Shown here: positions 19,981 to 28,327 of the stretch, one piece after another
Numbering within the stretch: the first letter of the stretch is position 1
How the letters are laid out: every line of letters starts with the position of its first letter
Source: Candidatus Aldehydirespiratoraceae bacterium
GTDB lineage: Bacteria > Actinomycetota > Acidimicrobiia > Acidimicrobiales > Aldehydirespiratoraceae
NCBI GenBank assembly: GCA_965198365.1
Contig: OZ240617.1
Coordinates: 83,752-147,751 of the forward strand
DNA length: 64,000 nt
Reading direction: 5' to 3'
Program-made: the position numbers and the translations under genes
The notes under the pieces: generated by a model
What the model saw: only the letters and a program-made list of their open reading frames with translations
Databases searched by the model: none
What the model was told of the DNA's origin: nothing

Positions 19981-20112
19981 TCAGGCGCCGCCGACCAATT
20001 GGATACAGATGACGACGAAGACGATGCAAGCAATCGAGAAGATGACGACCGCCCTCTCTACGCCTTTGTCATGGCCTTGCATCTCGTCAAATTCAATTTG
20101 TTTTCCGGCCAT
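19981..20112 (-). CDS. 43-aa single-pass membrane microprotein (not in ORF track)
   Basis: Hand translation MAGKQIEFDEMQGHDKGVERAVVIFSIACIVFVVICIQLVGGA; GGAGG RBS in the upstream gene end, ATG 2 nt after its stop. Confidence 0.7.
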   Translation of the reverse strand: MAGKQIEFDEMQGHDKGVERAVVIFSIACIVFVVICIQLVGGA

Positions 20113-20114
20113 GT

Positions 20115-20345
20115 TCAGCCCTCCATATTCGAGTTGTACTTGCCAGCAAGGCGCTCTGCAGATTCGTTGAGCAGTGCGTTTTCACGCCTGGTCACTGTGA
20201 CTGCCGCAGACACCGAGATGACGATGGCGATGAGCGTGATGAGTACCGTGGCGAAATTTCCGCCTGGTCCCCATGTGAAGTAGCCCGTGGTTCCGTCAGC
20301 GGCTTCTAGAGCCGCATCCCAACTGTCGTAGGGAAAAGTATTCAT
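20115..20345 (-). CDS. 76-aa single-pass membrane protein
   Basis: AAGGAG RBS; one TM segment (FATVLITLIAIVISVSAAVTV). Confidence 0.75.
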   Translation of the reverse strand: MNTFPYDSWDAALEAADGTTGYFTWGPGGNFATVLITLIAIVISVSAAVTVTRRENALLNESAERLAGKYNSNMEG

Positions 20346-20375
20346 GTAGTTCTCCTTAGGTAAGTGAACGTTGAT

Positions 20376-20510
20376 TCAGTTCGTGTTGTCGTTGGTTCGG
20401 CCATCTGACTTCTGTTGTCTTCGCTTGCGAATCCCCCAGTACCCGGCGGTGGCAACCACCAGGTACATGAGTGCGATTGCTACGATGAACTGGAGCCATG
20501 TACCGGACAC
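20376..20510 (-). CDS. 44-aa single-pass membrane microprotein (not in ORF track)
   Basis: Hand translation MSGTWLQFIVAIALMYLVVATAGYWGIRKRRQQKSDGRTNDNTN; TM followed by a basic patch; GTG 5 nt after the amt stop. Confidence 0.6.
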   Translation of the reverse strand: MSGTWLQFIVAIALMYLVVATAGYWGIRKRRQQKSDGRTNDNTN

Positions 20511-20515
20511 TCTCG

Positions 20516-21901
20516 TTATTTGAGGTCGGCGTAGGCCGCTCGTAGCACGGCTTCGGCTGACTCTTCGGAACCGTCGGCGTTGATGATCGGTTCAGTGGCA
20601 CGGCCGAACTCCGGATAGAAGTCCGTCTCGAACTCGGCCATGTCGAGGCCCTCGATCTCTACTTCGGGTGGGACCCTCAGCAAGTTCAGCTTCTTGAGGA
20701 TTCCAGAACCGATGTAGCCGGTGAGGAATGCCAACGGGAAGAGGGTTGCGACACCCACGAGCTGACCAAGGAACGAGGTTTCCACCAGCGCTGCACCGGT
20801 CGGATAACCCCCGGCGACAATACCGACAAGTAGTACGCCCCACATGCCCATGACGCCGTGGACTGATATTGCGCCAACAGCGTCGTCGATGCGGGCTTTC
20901 TGCTCGATCCAGTTGCCTGCGGCATACGCAAGCCCGGCGGAGAAGAACGCCAGAATCAGGACCAGCGACGGGTTGTAGATATCGGCGCCGGCCGAAACTG
21001 CCACGACCCCGGCGAGTCCACCAGACAGTGTCCAGAACGGATCACCCTTGGCGAAGATGTACCCGCCGGCGAAGCCGCCTGCGAAGCCCATCGTGATCGT
21101 GAAGGTGATTGCTGACAGTGTCGCTGGGTTGAAGTAGATGTTTGCCCAACCCGGCGTGGTGTCGGCGGTGATCGCTAGACAAGCCGCGTAGAACGCGTAG
21201 AACGCCGTGAAGATGATCATCAGGCCCATCAACGTCAGATGGAGGTTGTGCGGCTTGAACGCTCGCGTGCCTCCGTTCCTGTCGTATCGGCCGAGTCTGG
21301 GACCCAAGTTGAAGATTATGCCTAAGGCGAAGATTCCGGCGATGCCGTGGACCACGCCTGATGCGGCGAAGTCGTGGTAGCCGAAGTGGATGGTCATCCA
21401 ACCTCCGTAGCTCCAGCCCCAGGCTGCCGCGACCACCCAGACCAGACCACCCATAAGAGCGGTCAGCCACAGGTAGGCCGAGATGCGGATGCGTTCGAGC
21501 ACCGCGCCCGACATGATCGAACCTGTCGTCCAAGAGAACAACACGAATGCGGCCCAGAAGACCCCACTAATGTTGTCGCCAAGGTTGGGTCCCATCGAGC
21601 CGTCCCATGGAACGCCGTAGCCGTCACCGCAGAAATACGCTCCTTCTCCCCCGGTGCCGTTCGGCGATGTGGTTGGCAAGAATCCTTCTTCCATACAGAA
21701 GTAGACCCACCACCCGAGGTAGTAGAACGTCGGTGTGACCACCGCGATTGTCATGATGTTCTTCATTGCCGTGGACATGATGTTCTTGCGGCGGCTTACG
21801 CCGGCTTCGTAGGTCATGAAACCCACGTGCAGCAACCACATGATCGCGACGGTGAAGAAGTAATAGGCCTCTGTGAACACTACTGACGTGTCCATAGGCA
21901 C
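20516..21901 (-). CDS. amt: Amt/Mep/Rh family ammonium or methylammonium channel
   Basis: GFMTYEAG..RRKN, GAVLERIR, HDFAASGVVHG, RIDDAVGAISVHG (twin-His). Confidence 0.88.
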   Translation of the reverse strand: MPMDTSVVFTEAYYFFTVAIMWLLHVGFMTYEAGVSRRKNIMSTAMKNIMTIAVVTPTFYYLGWWVYFCMEEGFLPTTSPNGTGGEGAYFCGDGYGVPWDGSMGPNLGDNISGVFWAAFVLFSWTTGSIMSGAVLERIRISAYLWLTALMGGLVWVVAAAWGWSYGGWMTIHFGYHDFAASGVVHGIAGIFALGIIFNLGPRLGRYDRNGGTRAFKPHNLHLTLMGLMIIFTAFYAFYAACLAITADTTPGWANIYFNPATLSAITFTITMGFAGGFAGGYIFAKGDPFWTLSGGLAGVVAVSAGADIYNPSLVLILAFFSAGLAYAAGNWIEQKARIDDAVGAISVHGVMGMWGVLLVGIVAGGYPTGAALVETSFLGQLVGVATLFPLAFLTGYIGSGILKKLNLLRVPPEVEIEGLDMAEFETDFYPEFGRATEPIINADGSEESAEAVLRAAYADLK

Positions 21902-22034
21902 ACCCCCAATTCTTCGTGCTAATTCCGACCTTATGGCCGGATATCGGTGACGTTAGCACAGAGGTAGCAAAGTGTCGAATGTCACCTGTGCTCTTTATGG
22001 CACTTTTAGCTGTTCAGCTAAGGTCTTCAGCTGT

Positions 22035-22412
22035 CTAGCTGCTGTCGGATTCGGTGATCTCCACCTCGATGACGGCACCGGTACCAGCGTCGATCCTCAC
22101 CGTTGCGTGGCCGAGGAAATCGGTGCGGGACCCATCGGGATCGGCAACGGTGAACACCACTATCCACACAGCCCGCGTCGGTATGCCTTGGCGCAACACT
22201 CTCGCTTCGGTTTTCTCGGGCTCGAAATAGTCATCCTCGGCCTCAAAGGCGGCTGTGGCGATCGATAGGGCTTCCTCTCGACTCAGATCGACTCCCGAGC
22301 AGCCACGGGTCACGAACACGACAACCAACAGCCCGGCAACGATGAATATCGCCTTGCGGGGAGTCATCCAGTTTTTGAGTTTGGCAATCCAGTTACTCAT
22401 CGGGCTGGTCAC
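22035..22412 (-). CDS. Membrane-anchored or exported hypothetical protein (PepSY-like)
   Basis: N-terminal hydrophobic helix, SREEALSIA, W.V and VRIDAGTG pattern. Confidence 0.55.
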   Translation of the reverse strand: MTSPMSNWIAKLKNWMTPRKAIFIVAGLLVVVFVTRGCSGVDLSREEALSIATAAFEAEDDYFEPEKTEARVLRQGIPTRAVWIVVFTVADPDGSRTDFLGHATVRIDAGTGAVIEVEITESDSS

Positions 22413-22621
22413 TTCGAGTCACTACGCGGCGCAGACACAAGACGCAAGACTATATACCCGACCACATGCGTGATTGCCACGAAGCTCACCCACCACAGAG
22501 TGATCTTGAGTCGGTAGCCCCGCTCTCGGCATTCCCAAAGTGTCAACAACACCGCCACGCCCAGAAACAACCACAGCACCAAGCTGTCGCGAGCGTCACC
22601 CACCAAGATCATCAGCCCCAT
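22409..22621 (-). CDS. Small two-TM hypothetical protein
   Basis: Two hydrophobic segments; 4-bp overlap with the next gene. Confidence 0.55.
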   Translation of the reverse strand: MGLMILVGDARDSLVLWLFLGVAVLLTLWECRERGYRLKITLWWVSFVAITHVVGYIVLRLVSAPRSDSK

Positions 22622-22712
22622 GGCTTGAGCCTAAACCACATGTGGGCGGGTAACCAGACCAACAAAAGTCTTCGGTGGTTGGTCGGGGGCTAACCGCCTG
22701 TGCGTATGCTGC

Positions 22713-23861
22713 TTGATGCCTGAGATCATGTTGGGGCCACGGGTTCGAAAATCGCCCTACTATGAGGCGACGGTGGCTGCCGGGGTCAGCGCTTTCACGA
22801 TCTACAACCACATGTATATGCCGATGTCGTACGGTGATGTGGCTGAAGAATATCGACGGCTGACTGAGCGGGTGGCGCTTTGGGACGTGGCCGCCGAACG
22901 CCAAATCGAGATTGTCGGCCCTGATGCTGCGCGCATCACCCAGTACCTTTCTGCTCGCAACCTGGCGGGTCTCAAAGGTGGTCGGGCTCGGTACGCGCCG
23001 ATCTGTGATCATGACGGCTACCTCATCAACGATCCGGTGGTGTTGTGTCTGGGCGATGATCGGTTCTGGTTTTCGATCGCGGACAGCGACCTCGGGTTTT
23101 GGGTTAGAGCCATCGCCAGGGAGCGTCGTGCCGATGTGCGGGTCTTTGAGCCGGATGTTTCGCCGCTGGCGATTCAGGGGCCGTCGGCTGAAGATCTTGC
23201 GATTGACCTGTTCGGTGCTGAAGTCGTTGGTCCGCTGGGGTTCTTTCACCATGTTGGCGTGGAACTCGACGGGATTGGTCTGGTGCTTTGTCGTTCTGGT
23301 TGGAGCAAGCAGAACGGTTTTGAACTTTTCTTGATGGACGGGTCTCGGGGTGTGGAGCTGTGGGACCGGGTGCTGGCCGCGGGCGCTCGGTTCGGGATTG
23401 GGCCAGGTGCGCCCAATGCGGCCGAGCGTATCGAAAGCGGTCTTCTGTCTTTTGGGTCCGACAACGATTCGCAGACCGATCCGTTCGAGGCGGGGCTTGG
23501 GGCGTGGGTGAACCTTGACGGTGAATACGACTTCGTCGGCAAGGCGGCTCTGCTGGAGCGGGTTGAGCGTGGCATCGAGCGCTCTTTGGTCAACGTTTCT
23601 TTCACCGACGGTTCGGGCTCGGCTGCGTCGCTGCCCCTGGAACATCCCCGTTCGGTGCGGTTGGACGGGCAGGTCGTGGGCGAGGTTCGCAACGCCATCT
23701 GGTCTCATCGACTGGGTCACGGGATCGGCATTGCTTTGGTACACCACTCAGCGACCACCCCCGGCACGCGCCTCGCTGTCGACATTGACGGCGTTGTGTG
23801 CTCTGTGGTCGTGGCCCCCGAGCCTTTCGGCACCCCCCGTCGGCCTATCTCGGCAACCTGA
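22713..23861 (+). CDS. GcvT-family THF-dependent demethylase, DmdA-like
   Basis: FTIYNHM, WDVAAERQIEI, NDPVVL, SIADSD, AIQGP, RSGWSKQ, GPGAPN..ERIES recall DMSP demethylase DmdA. Confidence 0.7.
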   Translation: MMPEIMLGPRVRKSPYYEATVAAGVSAFTIYNHMYMPMSYGDVAEEYRRLTERVALWDVAAERQIEIVGPDAARITQYLSARNLAGLKGGRARYAPICDHDGYLINDPVVLCLGDDRFWFSIADSDLGFWVRAIARERRADVRVFEPDVSPLAIQGPSAEDLAIDLFGAEVVGPLGFFHHVGVELDGIGLVLCRSGWSKQNGFELFLMDGSRGVELWDRVLAAGARFGIGPGAPNAAERIESGLLSFGSDNDSQTDPFEAGLGAWVNLDGEYDFVGKAALLERVERGIERSLVNVSFTDGSGSAASLPLEHPRSVRLDGQVVGEVRNAIWSHRLGHGIGIALVHHSATTPGTRLAVDIDGVVCSVVVAPEPFGTPRRPISAT

Positions 23862-23892
23862 CCCCCGCGGTGGTGGTAATTGCGGGGGTTTT
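23861..23892 (+). terminator. Rho-independent terminator
   Basis: ACCCCCGC...GCGGGGGT stem followed by TTT right after the stop. Confidence 0.7.
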
Positions 23893-23909
23893 AGGGTAAA
23901 AACAATGGT

Positions 23910-24692
23910 GTGTTGATCGTTGTTTCTCCGGCGAAGTCGCTGGATTACGAGTCGAAGTTGGCCACGAAGAAACGCAGTGAGCCGCGGCTGTTGGACCGTA
24001 GCTGTGAGTTGGTTGAGGTGATGGCGCAGAAGTCGCCGACAGAGCTCAGCAATTTGATGTCGATCTCGGCTTCGCTGGGGGAGCTCAATCACGAGCGCTT
24101 CCAGGATTGGGAGACTCCGTTCACTCCCGAGAATTCTCGTCCTGCGGTGCTGGCGTTCAACGGCGATGTGTACCTGGGGATGGAGCCGCAGACGTTCAGC
24201 GAACGTGATTTCACGCACGCCCAGAAGACGCTGCGGATTCTGTCGGGCCTTTATGGTGTGCTTCGTCCGCTTGATCTGATGCAGCCTTACCGGCTGGAGA
24301 TGGGCAGCAGGGTTGCTACTGCCCGCGGCAACGATCTGTACGGCTTTTGGGGTGACTCGATCACCGATGTGCTCAACGCCGATATCGAGGCGAGTCCTGG
24401 TGCGAGTGCTCTGATCAACTTGGCTTCAAACGAGTATTTTGGCGCTGTCAACACGAAGCAGCTCGAAGCTCGCCTGGTCAGTCCAGTGTTTTTGGACTCC
24501 AAGAATGGTGCCGAGCCGAAGATAGTGAGTTTCTTCGCCAAGCGAGCCCGGGGGTCGATGGCCGGTTGGATTATCCGCAATCGGGTTCGGTCACCGAGAG
24601 CTCTGACGGAGTTCGCCGAGGACGGCTACAGCTACGACCCCGACCGCTCAGACGCTGACCGCCCCGTCTTCGTCCGCTACAACCGCTCCTAG
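23910..24692 (+). CDS. yaaA: Peroxide stress protein YaaA (DUF328)
   Basis: SPAKSLD, FNGDVY, LSGLYGVLRPLDLMQPYRLEMG, NLASNEY, AKRARG. Confidence 0.93.
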   Translation: MLIVVSPAKSLDYESKLATKKRSEPRLLDRSCELVEVMAQKSPTELSNLMSISASLGELNHERFQDWETPFTPENSRPAVLAFNGDVYLGMEPQTFSERDFTHAQKTLRILSGLYGVLRPLDLMQPYRLEMGSRVATARGNDLYGFWGDSITDVLNADIEASPGASALINLASNEYFGAVNTKQLEARLVSPVFLDSKNGAEPKIVSFFAKRARGSMAGWIIRNRVRSPRALTEFAEDGYSYDPDRSDADRPVFVRYNRS

Positions 24693-24702
24693 CCCCCTTC
24701 GT

Positions 24703-24787
24703 TGATCCACTAAGTTATGTACGTTTAATATAATTATTGGAGTTTGTACTATCCATTTCAAATAGTACATAACTAATGTATATAATC
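24703..24787. repeat. 85-bp AT-rich direct repeat, copy 1 (contains the promoter of the AlbA_2 gene)
   Basis: Ungapped match to 26476-26560 (17 mismatches in 85, hand count); internal inverted repeat AGTTATGTAC/GTACATAACT; TATAAT ends 6 nt before the GTG start. Confidence 0.9.
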
Positions 24788-24792
24788 TGTGG

Positions 24793-26454
24793 GTGGATCC
24801 GGACAAAGTATCTGACCTTGCCATCGCCGGCGAAACACTCACCGTTGAGTTCAAGGCTGGTGGAATCGACCAAGACGACCTCGCTGAAGCCGTTGTCTGC
24901 TTGGCCAACGCCGACGGAGGGCGATTGCTGCTCGGGGTGACCGACAACGCTGAGATCCGCGGAATCAACCCCGACAAGAAGGACTACGCCGATCCTCAGC
25001 GGCTCGCCGCAACAATTTCGACCCGCACAGAACCTCCAATCACGGTTGCTGTCGCAACCGTCATGGTCGAGAACAAACTGGTTGCTGTCATTGAGGTGCC
25101 TGCTTCAGATTCGGTTCACGCAACAAGCAAGGGACGCTACGTTCGCCGCGCTCTGGACGTCAGGGGCAAACCACAATGCCTACCGATGCGTCCCCATGAA
25201 GTATTGGCGTCCGCGGCAGGCGAGACAGATTTCTCTCGGCGGGTGCTCGATGGATTCTCTTTCCAGGACCTTGACGGGAACGAATTGACCCGAATGCGCG
25301 AACTCGCCCGTCAAGGTGATGGCGATAGCGCGCTCAGTTCGTTGTCGGACATCGAACTCTTGCGAGCACTCAACTTGGTTGATCTTGATGATCGGTTGAC
25401 CGTCGGTGCCGTTCTGCTGTTCGGGACTGCCGAAGCCATGGGCCGGTATATGCCGACCTACGAGATCGGATTTCAAGAACTTGATGGCACTGAGATTCGA
25501 GCGAATGAAACTAGCCGCATCCCTTTGCTGCGGGCTATGGCTCAGTTGGCCGAGCGAGTGGAGGCTCGAAACACAGAAGAAGATGTCGAGGTCGGGCTGT
25601 TCCGTATTCCGTTGCCTCAATATGCGGCATCCACAATTCGAGAGTTGATCGCCAATTCTCTGGTACACCGCGACTACACGCAGATGGGACTGACACTGGT
25701 GCGGATGAACAGGGATTCGCTGACGATCTCGAACCCGGGAGGGTTCCCACCTGGGGTCAACACGCGCAACTTGATGTCCGTAATGCCTCGCCCTCGCAAT
25801 CCCGCCTTGGCCGACGCCTTCAAGCGAGCTGGTCTTGTTGACCGGATCGGACGCGGGATCAGTCGGGTGTTCGAGCATCAGTTGTCACTCGGCAGACCAC
25901 CACCCGACTACAGTGGCAGTACTACCGACTCCGTGATTGTTCGCGTTCGATCTGGACCCGCTGATTCTGATCTCGCAGGCTATATCGCCCAGTACCGCCG
26001 TTCTGGAGAGGAGTTGGATCTGCAGGATCTGCTTACATTGCACGAGATTCGAGCTGAGCGCAGAATCACCACCGCGCGAGCCGCCGAGTTGTTCCAAATC
26101 GATCCGTCTTCAGCTCGAGCCAAACTCAATGCACTGGTTGAACGCGGGTTGCTCGAGTCCCAGGGTGAGAGCAGAGCACGTACCTATCACATGTCCGCGG
26201 CCTTGTATCGGCAACTCGGCGAGCCGGCACAGTATGTTCGCACCAAGGGGTCCGATCGGATTCAACAACGGGAGATGGTGCTCACTTTTGTTGAGCAGCA
26301 CGGCTCAATCAGCCGAGGCGAAGCCGCGGAGCTGTGTCAGATAGCTCCACTCCAAGCCGGACATCTCTTGCGCCGGTTGCGCGACCGAGGCGAACTCGTG
26401 ATGTTCGGCGAACGTCGTACTGCCAGATACACAGCACCCACAAAATACTCCTGA
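24793..26454 (+). CDS. Schlafen/AlbA_2 domain + RecG-like ATP-binding (HATPase_c_4) domain + C-terminal HTH domains
   Basis: GETLTVEFK, CLANADGG.LLLGV.D, RELIANSLVHRDY, SNPGGF, PRN..LA..F...GLVDRIGRG, two winged-helix-like C-terminal segments. Confidence 0.85.
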   Translation: MDPDKVSDLAIAGETLTVEFKAGGIDQDDLAEAVVCLANADGGRLLLGVTDNAEIRGINPDKKDYADPQRLAATISTRTEPPITVAVATVMVENKLVAVIEVPASDSVHATSKGRYVRRALDVRGKPQCLPMRPHEVLASAAGETDFSRRVLDGFSFQDLDGNELTRMRELARQGDGDSALSSLSDIELLRALNLVDLDDRLTVGAVLLFGTAEAMGRYMPTYEIGFQELDGTEIRANETSRIPLLRAMAQLAERVEARNTEEDVEVGLFRIPLPQYAASTIRELIANSLVHRDYTQMGLTLVRMNRDSLTISNPGGFPPGVNTRNLMSVMPRPRNPALADAFKRAGLVDRIGRGISRVFEHQLSLGRPPPDYSGSTTDSVIVRVRSGPADSDLAGYIAQYRRSGEELDLQDLLTLHEIRAERRITTARAAELFQIDPSSARAKLNALVERGLLESQGESRARTYHMSAALYRQLGEPAQYVRTKGSDRIQQREMVLTFVEQHGSISRGEAAELCQIAPLQAGHLLRRLRDRGELVMFGERRTARYTAPTKYS

Positions 26455-26475
26455 CGCCCTGAACCACGAAGAGTC

Positions 26476-26560
26476 TGATCCACTGAGTTATGTTCGTTAT
26501 GTATAATTATTAAAGTTTGTGCTATTGGTTTCGAATAGTACATAACCGATGTACATAACG
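26476..26560. repeat. 85-bp AT-rich direct repeat, copy 2
   Basis: 21 nt after the AlbA_2 stop; two GTTATGT motifs on the left, two inverted TACATAAC motifs on the right. Confidence 0.9.
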
Positions 26561-26598
26561 GGCTATTGCCATCAGAGGGGGTGTTCTTGGGGTTCTAG

Positions 26599-28188
26599 GT
26601 GGAGCCAGGTGTCGGTGTAGGGGTTGGCGCGGGCGACTTCTTCGTTGAGGTCTGCGCCGGTTGGCGGGATGACGTAGCCGTCGTGCCAGTTGTCAGTGCG
26701 CATGCAGGCGCAGATGAACGTTCGGGTCGGGGGGCGGCGGGTATGTTGGGAGGTGTGTCGTGGGGTGTGTGTTTGGAGAGGGTGAGGAAGCACTGGCCGG
26801 GGGTTGGGGCGGCGGGGGCGACGCTGTTGTTGGGGCTTTGGCGGCTCGATGTGCCGACTCCGCACTATGACGAGCCGCTGTATGTGGCGGTTGGGCGGCG
26901 TTATCTTGACGGCGACCTGAATCACACTTTGGAGCATCCGCCGGTCGCGACTTATGCGTTCGGGGTTGCTCAGTTGTTGTTTGGGGAGGGGATTCCGTCG
27001 GCTCGGCTGGCTTCGTTGGCTGCTGGTGTGGTGACCACTTTTCTGGTCTGGTTGTTGGTGTCGCGTCTGGCGGGTCGAAACGTTGCTGGGTTCGCGGCGT
27101 TGGCGTGGGCTTGTCTGCCGCAGTCGTTGAGTGCCGGCGAGGTTGGCACGATCATTGAGCGGCCCGAGACGGTGGCGTTTCTTGAGTCGATCACAACGAT
27201 GTTCATGGTGGCGGCGGTTTGGGCTGGTGTGAGGGCCTTGTCGGATGAGCGGTGGCGTTGGGTGGTTGCTGTGGGCGTCTTTGTGGGCCTTGCCACGGCT
27301 ACCAAGTTGACGGGTTCTCTGGTCGGGCCGCCTATTGTTTTGGCGCTTTGGTTCACCCGGCGTTCGCGGCTCGGTTTGTATCAGGGGGCTGTGGCTGCGG
27401 GTACGTCGTTGGTCGCTTGGGCTGCTACTTATGCGCCGTATGGGCGTGCGGCGAATGAGGCGTGGGTTGGATTGTGGAATGCGACCACGGCTCATATGGA
27501 GGCGGGTCATAGGCAGTATGTGGCTGGTGCGGTGTATGACAATCCGCCTTGGTGGACTCCATTCTGGCATCATCTTGATGCTGACGGCTTGTTGTTGAGC
27601 GCTGTTCTGGTGGGTCTTGTGTTGTTGTCGGTGCCGCGTTGGCGTCAGCCGGAGGTGGCGTTGGTAGCGGGTACTGTGGCGGTGGTTGTGACGGCTCTTT
27701 GTTTGTCTTCGATTCAGCTTCGGCATTACCGGTTGGTGGTGTTGCCGTTCTTGTTTGTGTTGGCGGCCGTGGGCGCGCAGGTGTTGTGGGCGAGACGGGA
27801 TCGGGTGGCTCGGGTGGCTGCGGTCGTGGCTGTTGGGATTGTGGGTTTGTTCGCAGCCGATGCTGTGGTCGACCGGGTCACTTTGCAGCCGGCGGGATAT
27901 GCGGCGGTTGGGGAGGTTCTCGAGGCTGAGGGTTTCGGTGACAGGGCTGTCTACGTTTTCGGGTCGCCGCATTTGCAACGCTATTACTTGGGAGATCGTG
28001 TGGTTGGGGGTGTGTCGGGTGATCCAATTCCTGTTGGTGCGGTGGTTGTCACTGAACAGAATTGGGAGTTGCGTTTCCCGGTGCAGCGTGACGGCGTTGT
28101 GCTGTGGGGGTCTGACGGTCGACAGTTGTCGTTGTTTGAGGCGCGTGACGGTCGTCAACTTGGACCTGTGACTCTCTGGTTGCCTTAG
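26599..28188 (+). CDS. GT-C fold membrane glycosyltransferase (PMT/ArnT, GT39/83-like); start uncertain
   Basis: YDEPLY, EHPP, SARLAS, GLATATK and many TM segments. Confidence 0.75.
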   Translation: MEPGVGVGVGAGDFFVEVCAGWRDDVAVVPVVSAHAGADERSGRGAAGMLGGVSWGVCLERVRKHWPGVGAAGATLLLGLWRLDVPTPHYDEPLYVAVGRRYLDGDLNHTLEHPPVATYAFGVAQLLFGEGIPSARLASLAAGVVTTFLVWLLVSRLAGRNVAGFAALAWACLPQSLSAGEVGTIIERPETVAFLESITTMFMVAAVWAGVRALSDERWRWVVAVGVFVGLATATKLTGSLVGPPIVLALWFTRRSRLGLYQGAVAAGTSLVAWAATYAPYGRAANEAWVGLWNATTAHMEAGHRQYVAGAVYDNPPWWTPFWHHLDADGLLLSAVLVGLVLLSVPRWRQPEVALVAGTVAVVVTALCLSSIQLRHYRLVVLPFLFVLAAVGAQVLWARRDRVARVAAVVAVGIVGLFAADAVVDRVTLQPAGYAAVGEVLEAEGFGDRAVYVFGSPHLQRYYLGDRVVGGVSGDPIPVGAVVVTEQNWELRFPVQRDGVVLWGSDGRQLSLFEARDGRQLGPVTLWLP

Positions 28189-28327
28189 GTCTTGAGTTTT
28201 TGGCGTCGACCGCGGCGGGGGTGTCGCGTGGTGTCACACCGGCGTTGTAGTTTGGAGATATGAGTGCAGGTGGCTTGCGTTTAGTGGCGCGCGGTGTTGT
28301 GGGCTGTCTGTGGCAGGTCGGTGGCTC

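Noticed and set aside
17168-23861. Glycine cleavage T proteins (gcvT)
   Set aside because: One has an extra DUF1989-type half (Tdm) and the other has DmdA-like motifs; no gcvH or gcvP is adjacent.
1877-28158. Long antisense ORFs such as 1877-2926, 2743-3660, 8532-9521, 16120-17298, 22596-23747 and 26572-28158
   Set aside because: They are shadows of well-supported genes on the opposite strand, expected in high-GC or strand-skewed DNA.
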